The notes beneath the pieces are model-generated. The model did not search any database. It saw only the letters and a program-made list of their open reading frames with translations, and was not told the DNA's origin. Below are positions 12,101-24,100 of a DNA stretch of 64,000 bases, piece after piece. The stretch lies in contig CAIIXF020000001.1 of NCBI GenBank assembly GCA_903813345.2, positions 8,866,001 through 8,930,000 on the forward strand, read 5' to 3'. Both the position numbers and the translations under genes were made by a program. This DNA comes from Owenia fusiformis. Taxonomy: Eukaryota. Numbering within the stretch: position 1 is the stretch's first letter; each line of letters starts with the position of its first letter.

Positions 12101-15100
12101 TGTGATAAAAATGTGGGAAGTTCTGGTCTCAAGTATATATTGAAATAGTATTGAAAATAGTGCTAGTTATTTAGTTTAAACATCACATGGCATTTGCAAG
12201 CGTATCGATCGGAAAATATTTTGATCAATTGCAATCGTGCAATTATTAATTGAAAGCAGAAAATATTGTGCAGAAAACCAGCCATGCATGTCATACCTTA
12301 CAAAATAAAACATTTACAGAATTAGCATCTCCACTGAAAATAAATCAACATATAGTACAAACAGTACATTTAGTTATGTCCTCTGAGGAACCAAGTCTGA
12401 TTAGATAGAAGGAAGAATGGATAGTGTGAAATAGAGAAGAAGAATGAATACTGTATTCTCTGTAATTAGCACCCAGGGCGCTTAGGAAATTGAAAAAAAT
12501 ATTCTTCAGACCATTCTCATAAGCGCCCATATACACTGTATGAAAGAAGTCAAAAATCCCCAATAACTTCATGAATGGCAATTTTTCTTGACAAGAATCC
12601 CGGGGGGTTCACTGTATGCAAACCTTGACAGGGATCCTTGGCACACATGGAGTACCTTTTTAGCTCATTTGACATTTGGTATGGCAATGGGCCAAAATTT
12701 TAGGATCTAGCCCCCAAATTATACTTTTAAGGCATGGCAATGGTCAGATTGTAAAACATCAGAAACATCAGTGCTGGAAATTACAATTAATAAGTCATTA
12801 AACATCATAAATAAATTGATAATCTCTGATGTTATTTTCAAACTTTATAAGTCTCTTCAAAATTGGGAGTCAAATTGTGATGATATTTTGTATTTATCAG
12901 CTTATTATTAAAGGGGCATTACATTGTCAAAATTATTTGAATTTTGTCAGGAATGAATGAGTATGTTCAATTATTCAATTATTGAGTTTGTATATTTTAC
13001 CATCTTTCGTGGATTACAATATGGCGACCAACGTCGACATGTCATCACACTTCCTTGATGCAAAATGGCTCCATCAACTACTCAGTGGGTCAATTGATAT
13101 TATTCTTTTCAATATAATGACTTGACCTAATTATTTTTTTAAAAAGTTTTAGTTTTATTTCCTCAATTACACATAAATCTACTTATAAATTGAACAGAGA
13201 GCCAGCCATTAGTTTTGCACCTGGTCATTCCTCAATTTCTTGAACTTTTGTGAAGCGGGGTAGAAGCTTATTAGGGAATGGGCGCTAATTTCAGAGAAAA
13301 CGGTAACTTTCATTTATTTCCTTAAGCAATTTCCCGAAGTAATTAGATCATAATGTGAGACTTTTGCAAATTTAAGATAAGCCGAAAGGCTAGACTGTCA
13401 TTTTTGCTTTTCCATGATTAACAATCACAAACTACTCAAGTACTAGCATGGGTTCAAGCATAATGATTTCCAATATAAATTGGACATTTCAAGTAAAGAA
13501 ATAAACAAATTAACCACTCATAATCTACCCTGATCACTCCCTGTAAACTATATCTACCTTTTTTCCAACTGTCTACATTTACCACCCCTATTCACCCTGA
13601 CCACATCCTTTCTACCCTAATCATTTCACACATATTCAGACTACTCCCCTGTCTACCCTGACCATCCCTGTCTACTTTCACCACACCCTGTCTACCCTGA
13701 CCCTCCCCTGTATACTCTAATCACTCCATTTCTATCCTGACCACTCCCTATGCCCCCTGACCATTCCCTCACCTGCAAATGTTAAGCAACATCAACAATT
13801 GTTCTGAACCTATAGCAGAATGTTCACACCGAAAATGAAGTCAAACAATGACATCGAATTATAATATTACTAAAGGATACTGAGATGGATATCAACATGG
13901 AATACTGATTCTTACAGTAATATACATCATCTACAGAGAGAACAACAGTGCACTATAGGTCAAATAGAAACAGTAAGTAAATAAATACTTATCTTTGATT
14001 TCTGGGCATTGAAGTTATCAATGACAACACCAATGAACAAGTTCAGAGTGAAGAAAGAGCCGAAGATGATGAATATGACAAAGTAGAGGTACATAAAAAC
14101 CCTCTCCTCTCTTTTTGGTTGCAACTCAAGGGCTGGATCCTAAAAAATACGATGACACATATTTGACATTGTTTGTGTAACAAAATAGTGGTGTTTAAAA
14201 TTGGTAACTCATAATTATAAATTCTTGAAATCTGTTCAGATTAAAATGATGTAATTATGCTGCAATATACTTTCAGAATTCCTAAAAGAAGCATTACATT
14301 GCAGTGATGCATGACAATCACCAGACAATTACTGAATGTTATTGGAATTGAAAAGGCATGCATGCTTCATTTGCAGTAAGTATCGTACAATGTACTTACA
14401 CCTCTGCTGTCTATTGCATCATTCATCACCTCTATCCACCCTTTAAATGTAGCCTGAAATTGAAAGCACATGATATACTTCTTAGCCTCAGTGAACATAC
14501 ATAATTCCAAAGCAATCAAGTATACATTTAGAGTGTCACTATCGTTGCATATATGCCCCAGGTTTTCAGTGATATATGGCCCGACCTTGGGAGGGACATT
14601 GATCACTGAGAACCGAGGGCATATGTGCAACGATATTGAAGCGAATACCAACCGATCTACTGGAGATAAAACTAACCGATCAACTGAAGATAACCTAATT
14701 GAGCAATTTTTCTTAACACACAACTTTACCAAATTTGGACACAAATTTATCAATAAACACGATTCGCCAATAAAGGATGGGTATCGATATGGCGAACTTT
14801 TTGAACACACGTTTCTCTTAAACCAGTCATCAAAAAATTCTGAAAATTTTACACAGTGTCAATTTAATGGTCATCTTTTGAATGGAAGCAACATAATTTG
14901 AAATAGATATATATACTTTTCTTTATATTGTTTTAGAAAACACATTTGTTCTTGGTATCATATGTTCGGTATGAAATGAAACATCTATCCGAATCTCATT
15001 GGAACAAATTGACATAAACACAACATGATTATGTCTCTCAATATTGTAATTATACAAAGGAAAGTTTGGTTGATCTAAAAAAAGTATCTTGTTAATGAAA

Positions 15101-18100
15101 TAAAAGGTTTATCTTAGTTTTTTTATTTCGGGGGTTTTTGTTTTAATTTTTTGAATACTTTTTGTTCAATCAACCAAAATTTCCTTTGTACAACTATAAT
15201 ACATGTATTGGGAAGTCTAAAAAAATGTTGTTAATGCTATTTTGTTCAAACAAGCTTCGGAAAGATATTTTATTTCATTCTCAAGAAATGGTAAAAAGGA
15301 ACAAAAACAAAAAAACAATTGCACTAAATTTCAAAAAATGTTAACAAAAACAGTTATATCGCATTAAATTGTTGTCAATTAGTCAACATTACATAAAGGA
15401 TCCTTTATATGAAATTATTTGTGATTAAAATAATTGTCGAAACCTCTGGCGAAATCCATTTTTGTTTGTTTTTGAATTCGGCAGGAATAAAAGTACCCGG
15501 ATGTTGGGAAAGTAGTCCCAGCACTTTACCAATCAGAGAGTTACTGGGTGCGGACTTTTCAAACGTTATATTGGCCCTCTGTCTAGTGTACAGTTTACAC
15601 TATACATCATCATAGGTATGTTATAATACTTTATATGTAATATCTCTTATGTGTTTTTTTTAATATTTGCCAATTTATTCAAGGGTAGAATAAATGATTA
15701 ATATTACATGTGACATATACAGATTCATGAATATAGTGTTCATTTGGGATTTTCTACTCTGTGGAGTTGTGGTCTGTTTGACATGTATAAACTCTATGTA
15801 TAAAGTCCCCCATACTCCCCTTCAGTTATCCCTATAATTATTATGTAATATTAAATGCTTTGAATCTTGAATAAAAACACATACCACTTGAAACAGGGAG
15901 AGATATGCATTGAAAACATGGTCAAAGTTGACCTTTGAGTTCACCCAGGTATAGTTGAGCTCTTTGTTGGTTGCATTGTCACATTCTGTTCTGTTTGCAA
16001 CAATATCAGTCGTGAGTTTGTTGCCCTCTGCATCCACGCACTTGTAGAATTGGCCTAAAGAAAAGCACAATATAAATCACTCAAGAGTAATAATACATGT
16101 AATCACAAATATTATGCTATCTTTAAAATAATTAAAACAATATTTTGAATAGATATACAAATTATGACTAGTATTTTAACATTTCTGAATGCATGGTGAA
16201 GTGAAACATAATCAGAGTTATCAACCCCCATGCAGTGTAGCAGCACTTTCCTTTAAAAAGATAACATACTAAAGGATGTAGTGAAGTATCAACATATCAC
16301 ATACAGAATAAATAAAGTTTAGAGTTCTACAGAAACTAGATCTTAGCAAATAGCACTATATTGTGTTTACTTTAGCATAATTTATTTAATATGATAAAAC
16401 ATATGGTTACCATTATGATGTCATTTTATCTAGATGAAATATATATTCTTGAACTAAGATAGAAATTATGATTTCATGCGGTGATATGAGTTAATACGTT
16501 GAAGGCAATTAAGTTCATATCTTCTAGTCTACTGCTTAATACTATTTTTCTTATAAAGCCAAAACAAGATTTAGTCCTCATAAGTCATAGGTCTTCATTA
16601 TTATAATGAACTACAGCTACTATACTGTGCATTACAACTACACTAAACTATACAGTATATTTAAAGCCATACTAATATACTATCATGAATTCTATGTGTG
16701 TGTTTTGAACTGATAACTAAGATCTTTGGAAACAAATAAACACTCTGTAATATCTATTTTCATTGAGTGGAGAAAAGTTGTTAATTTGTTCTACATAATT
16801 CATGGAATTATAGAAAAATGTGTGTCCATAATAATTCAGGTTTAATAAATACTCTTCTAACTTTTATTCATTTTTCCATATAGATAGTATTATTAAATTA
16901 TTTATACTTTGCTATTCGTTTATGTCAATTCTAATCATTAGAATTATACCTCCAAACAGTTGACAGCCCATTATGGCTCCTATTAGCCACATTACTAGGA
17001 TGACAAAGCCCACATTGCAAATGGCTGGGATTGCACGGAATAAGGCATTAACAATAATCTGCAAGCAAAGCATGCCAGGCAAAACATAAAAAGCAAACCT
17101 TTAAACTTGAACAAGCACATATGGGTCCATGAAATAAATCCAAATAGAGAACCTGGGTAGATCTCTGTGGAATTCATGATGGCTCTGTCATTTGTTCAAA
17201 AACAAACATATACACTGGACAGTAGACACTGTATTTAACAACCAATCCCTCTGTTTTAGTGTAAAACCTAAAGACATTACTAAGACAACAAGGCACACAA
17301 ATTATGATTTTAAGCTGCAAATTATAACACATTGTATACCTAAAATAACCAAAGCTAAAATATTAAATATTAATATAAAATGAGGATTAATATATAAATG
17401 AGGATTATGACAAAGTACTATATAATTACATGTAAGTATAAACATTTTTTTGAATACCCCTAGTCCGTGTATGAGAATATGAATCTTCAATTTAGTTTAT
17501 TAAAAATTTCTCAGAGAGTGTTAATGGGTCCATCAATGTTTTCAGATTAGTCAAAAAGGATTGTAAGCTAAATACTATACTCATCGAACCAGGCTGTGTA
17601 TTGAATTATAATTGTACAAGAAATGCATTATGTAACAGAGGATGTTTCACCATGAATTGTTTCACATTTGTTTGAAGATTCATATTTTTCCTGTGTTTTG
17701 TGCAGACTATAGGTGACTAGAATAACATACTAGCAGTTGTGCCTTGTTTAAACTGCATCTGTAGATTCTAACAAACAAAAACATGTCTACACACATCAAG
17801 TAAATTGTAATACCCTTCAGTAGCATAACACCAATTATCGCCATAACTAACCAAAACATCAGAATAATGCCACCAACATTAGCGATAGCAGGTACAGCTT
17901 TCACAAGCGAAGTCACTACTCTCTAAAATTGCATCATTTAAAAATAATATTCAACAAAATGCAACAACATGCTTTTGTTAATGTATAGCCTTTTGCCAAT
18001 CTTGCAATATATCTATCCATATCCATTGGATTTCATGTTGGTCATGGTTGTTTCACTCAGTAATATCTTAATGAAATAGCTGCCCTTGCCAGTACAATTT

Positions 18101-21100
18101 TTCCAATGACCACTCTCGGTTGACTACTCAAATTCTATGACTCTGTAGTTAGAATACTTTTGTATTTGACCAAGGGAAAAATCAATACCCGGTGATTCCA
18201 GCGGGAACTGGCGTTTCGTTCAGTGGATGACCTGCGCGCGCACACATTGATGTGATTATCCAATATTATTTTGGGATGGATATTCAAGCTTATTTTCGTC
18301 ACAGGCGTGACCCGGGGCTGTCAACTTAAGGACATTTCGTTGAAAATGAGCCATTCGGCTGATAATTGGTAAGAGTTTGTGATCTTATAATGTATAACTG
18401 TCACTCAGATACATATTTTGACACTCTTCTGTTGGAAACAAGCTTTGAACCGAGCGAGAGATATTCACGATTGATATGCACATTTTTGATTGTGCCATTG
18501 CTTTTCCATTGCACAATCCATGTATTGATAGAAGAAACAATAATGAAGATTTTTTACTTTCAATACATGGCGGATTCACTACCTATCGGTCTATTAAATA
18601 CTATTTTGTGCCCTAAATAGTTTTATATTTCCATCCACGGCCTGGAGCCTGGGTGTGTTTGTCTCTTATGTGTATGCTTGTGGATTGGTGGGGCTGGTAA
18701 GGCCACCCCTGGCCCCGTCCATCCTTTATTATCCCATCGAACGAAGTTCGGAGGGATATAGGGAACGCCTCCGTCCGTCCGGGCAATAACTCAAATACCG
18801 TTGGCCCGATTTTATTCATATTTTGTACACATATACTCTATGGGGATAGAAGTTCTTTTTGGCCTTTACTCGTTATTTTACGATTTTTGCTGTAACTCGA
18901 AAAGTAGTGGAGCGATTTTGTTCATATTTGGTATGTGAATACTATAGGCATGGCGCACTGTCTAATGACACTTTTGGTAGAAGGCGGACATTTAGAAAAA
19001 TGGCGGACATTTTGAAAAATGGCGGACATTTTGAAAAATGGCCGCCATTTTAACTTATTTTACTATAACTTGAAAAGTAGTGGAGCGATTTTGTTCATAT
19101 TTGGTATGTGAATACTGTAAGCATGGCACACTGTCTAATGACACTTTTGGTAGAAGGCGGCCATTTTTCAAAATGGCCGCCATTTTAACGTTTTTTACTA
19201 TAACTCGAAAAGTAGTGGAGCGATTTTGTTCATATTTGGTATGTGAATATTATAAGCATGGCACACTGTCTAATGACACTTTTGGTAGAAGGTGCCCGTT
19301 TCGAAAAATGTTCGATGGGATTCGCTATGCTTTGGCGTTGCCGTTGTTCTGGTTCTACTTCCCACTTACTCAAGTCTCTAGCCAATTACCGGAATTTCCA
19401 GAGGGCTTGGAAGAAGATAACTTTCCCACCCTCAAACCTCAACCTCCATCAAAATCAGGTTATAACATTATATGATATACAGCAAGAAGTCTGGTAGAAA
19501 TATAAAATATTTAAACATCAAAGCTGAAAGTTAAGAAGTTTCTGTCTGCAAAAGAACGTTTACAATTGACACAATAAAAGACTGGGGCTTTGAAACCCAG
19601 GAAAATATGACGTCATACTAATTAACATAAGGAATTCCCCATCGGCTTGGGTCGAACATCATGCGAAAACACAAACCGATAAATAGTGCTAATATCTCAA
19701 GAGATAGGAAGTGTATAACAGATTTATCGATTTTATTTGAAGATTTAATCAATTATCAAGTTAATTAAATGGATAAAGTGGTCACACTTGCTTCAATTCA
19801 TAGCGTAATCAACGGAAAGAAACTGCACCCAAATTCCATATCCCACCCCTTATTACTACAGCCTAATAAGCGCAGTGGCCTGCAGAGGGTACGATCACAA
19901 ACATGTACTGCATGAACCCATTAAATCCCGGGTATTGTAACGCCCTTGATTTGACTAACCAATTTCTTTCTTTAAGATGTAGAAACATGACCAACATGAC
20001 ATTTATGAGAATAACATTTTTCTATATTGGGGGCTGCTGTTTAACACTCTGCCTTACACCTGTACTAACATTCAACACCAGGTTGACAATATACAACCAC
20101 ACTATGATGCTTACATGTCAGAAAGTTGCCTTTTATAGCTCTGAAATAAAATATTGAAAAATATAATCGAAATATAAAAAAGGTTTAAAATATGGATCAA
20201 AAAACATGTAATCTTCGCACCACAAAACAATGCTGTATACGAAAGCCATAACCATGCTATGTGTAAATAGTAACGCCACTTATCCAATAATGTAATGTTG
20301 GGACAACACACCATGCAGACAGGGGGTTGTGTAGCATATATACCCACCTTGGAAGAGGTTCACACCCATTATAGCTATGATGAGCCAGAACACTAAGATG
20401 ACTAACATTACATTACTGATAGCCGGGATGGCCCCAATCAAAGCATTCACTACTACCTACAGAAAAACAAACCAAAACATCTACAAAATGTGACATATGA
20501 CATCATCTCCTCCAAGCTGTGAATGTGTTAATTATTGTGATCTTTGAGGAAACTATTGGAGATTATTTTTTCTTGATTTAGTGTCATAAATGATTTTCAT
20601 GGATAAATTGATTTTATACAATTTGATTCTAATGTTAGTGAACTATTTAATAGCTGAAAATATCAAAGTGATGATTAATTCATGTGATGCTGATCTGTGG
20701 TCATGCCTCGATCCCATGTGACTAGGTGACAGGTGTCAAATGTGGCCTATAGATGTCCTACCAGCAAACAGCTGAACCCCCATGATGGACAAGATAAGCC
20801 AAAACATAGTTATCACTGCAACTACATTCAATATAGGGGGCGTACTTCTAACTAGTCCTAACACAACCACCTGTAACAGGGTACATACATCATACACATA
20901 GCTAGCTACAGTCAGTCCTAAAATAAAGAGATTGGGGGGGGGGGTATCCATGTCCATGGAAGAGTTGGATCTACCTAGAGGACGTAGGGCTCAACCTGAA
21001 ATAATAATTATTACAATGTGATGCATTAGACTATGTCTATGTTGGTGATGTAACTTTTGAGGCATTAATGTAAAATGAATGGTAAATGATTTAAGGTAAG

Positions 21101-24100
21101 ATTAAATCCATATTTGAAAGGCAACATACCTTCATTCCCTCCCATCTTGATACTGCCCTAAGAGGCCTTAATGCACGTAAGGTTCTAAGTGCCTTGAATG
21201 CACCTATCTTTCCTGCTCCTATCATCTCTGCTACTAAGCCAACTATGGATATCTGAAAAACATTGATTTGCATTAACAGAAATATACTCCTCAAAAATAT
21301 TTAAGGACCAGTCTTTTTCCTCATGTCTGTTTGACCTCTTATTTTCAAAGCCTGAAACAAAAGAAAAACTGATAATGTAAATGGATATGTACCTTGACTC
21401 TATTCTCTGTATTTCAGAAAATTTGGGTTGGGTTGCCAAAAGTCATATAAGAAAATATCAATCAATTTCAATTGCTCTCAAAAATGGAATGTAAATAGAC
21501 AATTGAATTTGCTAACTGTCTACAACAAAAATTGATTTGTTTCTCCAGGTTTTACAAAGTTATGAGTCTCAAAAGTCAATATCATTTCTCATAAAACCTC
21601 TCATTGAAATAACACAGGGTGTCAAAATGAGTTGTCAAAAATATGTTGATGCTCTATATCGGTAATTCTCACAAAGTAAGCTTAACAAAAAGCATGCTCA
21701 AAGTAAAACAATTCAATTGTCTACTCAGAAATTAGTTTTGATAAATGTTTTTACCGAATACATATCCAAAAATCTGATTTGCCCCTAACCCACCATTTCC
21801 CATTGGTTAACATGGGTTCTGCAATTTTTTTGAAATTCCTCAACTTTGACATCAATTGTTGACCGGACCTATTGTAATAGAGAGATTAAATTGAAAAATC
21901 CCTGAAATATAGAGAATAGGGTCAAGGTACATATCCATTTACATTATCAGTTTTTCTTTGGTTTCAGGCTTAGAAAATAAAGTTTAAAGATACATAAGGT
22001 TTAACATGTAAACCTTAACTTTTTTTAAGGAGTATATTGTTGCGTTTCTTTAAAGTTTTTAGTCATCCTTCCCTTTTGGCATTTGTGCTTATATATTCAT
22101 TGATATTGTACTACTTGATTTTTTTAGTTCGCTAAAATGTTCTTTTTTCTTTGTTAATTTTTTACCCTCTGTGTTTCTGAATGTAATGTTGAAGTATTTC
22201 AAATCAAATGTTTTCAATATATATATTTAGTACATACTGCTACAATAACAAAGTCCAACCAGCACCAGGCATCAGTGAAGTACTTCTTGTAGCCATAAGC
22301 GACCCACTTGAGTAACATCTCAAGAATGAATATGATAGTGAAAATTTTGTCCATTATATAAAGAGTGGTTTGTAGCCAGGGCCTATTAACTAGATGTATA
22401 TCTTCAATTGCCTGGAATAAAGATATTTATTATGCAATTAATGCATACTGTACATTTAATAACATTTAATGCTATAACATAAAATATAGAGCAAGGATGT
22501 CCATTTGAAAATTAATATTGCTTGCAAGAGTAAAATTCTTTTAGATTTTGAAGGGGTTATCTTATATGAACAAGTGGTTATGTGCATGCACTATTGAGTC
22601 AAATCTTTTCTAGGTGTTGTAATATGTTGAATTCTTTATGCTTTGAATCCAAATTTATACAGGTTTTACACAAACACATCAAGAATACTCACCAAAGCTA
22701 GACTGGATAGTAAAATCATAACAATGATAAATGTTTCAAAGTAATTGTTTTCAACCAGCCAGTAAGAGAACACACGTGCCTTCCAGTATTTCTGACCGAT
22801 TGGAGTTGATGTGCATGTTTGACAAAATATAAATTTGTCATAACAACCAGGACACCAGCAATCAAATGGGTCTTTGTCCTCTTCTATCTCTGTTTCTTCC
22901 TTGTTAGTGCCATCAGCCTCATCATCTGTCTTAAGTTTAGTATCCTCATTAACCGACAGATCATTAGAAGTATTATCTCCATCATGTTTAGAATCAGAAC
23001 CATCTTCAATTTCAATTTTTGTTGACTTCTCAGATACTCTATCTATATCATTTTGCATAGCCTCATTGTTTTCATCATCTATTGCTATTGCATGTTTGTT
23101 TTGCATAATGATTCCATTTACATCATTCAAGCTTTTCTGTGAAGAGCTTTTGTCTCTGCTCTGTGGAAGCAGTGTTTTTGTGTCTTCATTTCCATCTGTT
23201 TCAATTTCACTAGATTTTAAAGACTTTGTCGGACTTTTATGTCCATTTGTTCCATTCTCAATACACTCATTATCACTAGCACCATCTGGGTCACCCCTCT
23301 CTAATCCATTCATCTCAATAGTTTCACTTCTCAATGCCTTCACATTGTTTGGTTCTCTTTTCAATATTAACACACATATACTATACATAATACCATATTT
23401 TATTTTTGAGCCAACCCATTTAAACCTGTCGATGGCTTCAGCTATTTTATTTGGTTCATCATCATCATCATCTTGTTTTTGCAAACTGTCTGCTCCGAAT
23501 GAGCTCAGTAACAAAGCCAGAAACAGATTCAGCACCTAAAATAAAATGATAAGGTTGTTCTAAAGCTCCAATTACAAAAAGGCCAATGTTTCACATAGGA
23601 ATTTTGAAATATCCCAAGATTCAGTTTTAACATGGTCTGTGATTAAGAAAATGTTGATGTGTTCTTTTATATTACTACTTTTTATCTAGTTTGTGTAGTA
23701 ATGTGAATGTAACTCTTTTATAGAGGCAAATGAATTATACGTACATCCTACATAAACATTCAAATAGTTTGTCTATCAATTAACTTATTTTATTATTTGT
23801 TTGGTACTCATCTTATAATTAGATGCAATGTCTTACCACTAGATTTCCTAATATGACTGTCAGCATAAAGAATGGCACACACATTGCACCAGCTACGATC
23901 ATGCAATCCCACATTGATTCTATCCATTCCCCACACAAAACACGGAACACAATCATAAATGAGTGGAAGAAGTCATGCATATGCCAACGGGGCTTTTGAT
24001 CTAAGCCTAGGCGATGGTAGTTCAGTTCGTAATATTGTCCAAACAACTGCATTCCCATGACAGCAAATATGAAGATAAGAATTCCAACAACAAAGGTCAA

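Larger units (their letters stand above)
11105..13992 (-). other. AT-AC intron with U2-type consensus in the Nav1 DIII-DIV linker
   Basis: AAG|ATAAGT donor and ttttgtttttgtAC|GAA acceptor; the join gives [17 protein letters not shown] and a 105-nt next exon, collinear with vertebrate QQKKK|xGGQDIFM. Confidence 0.88.

Noticed and set aside
13872-13880. GTATCCTTT (U12 donor consensus) on the minus strand inside the second AT-AC intron
   Set aside because: About one such match is expected by chance in this much AT-rich DNA, and no matching exon or U12 branch site was found.
20059-20140. Possible fifth DIII S5 exon ([17 protein letters not shown], similar WL-to-G spacing)
   Set aside because: In-frame TGA just upstream, wrong length and little similarity otherwise; at most a decayed relic.
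22874-23539. 221-aa Ser-rich ORF on the + strand (also 9169-9501)
   Set aside because: Antisense to Nav coding exons.
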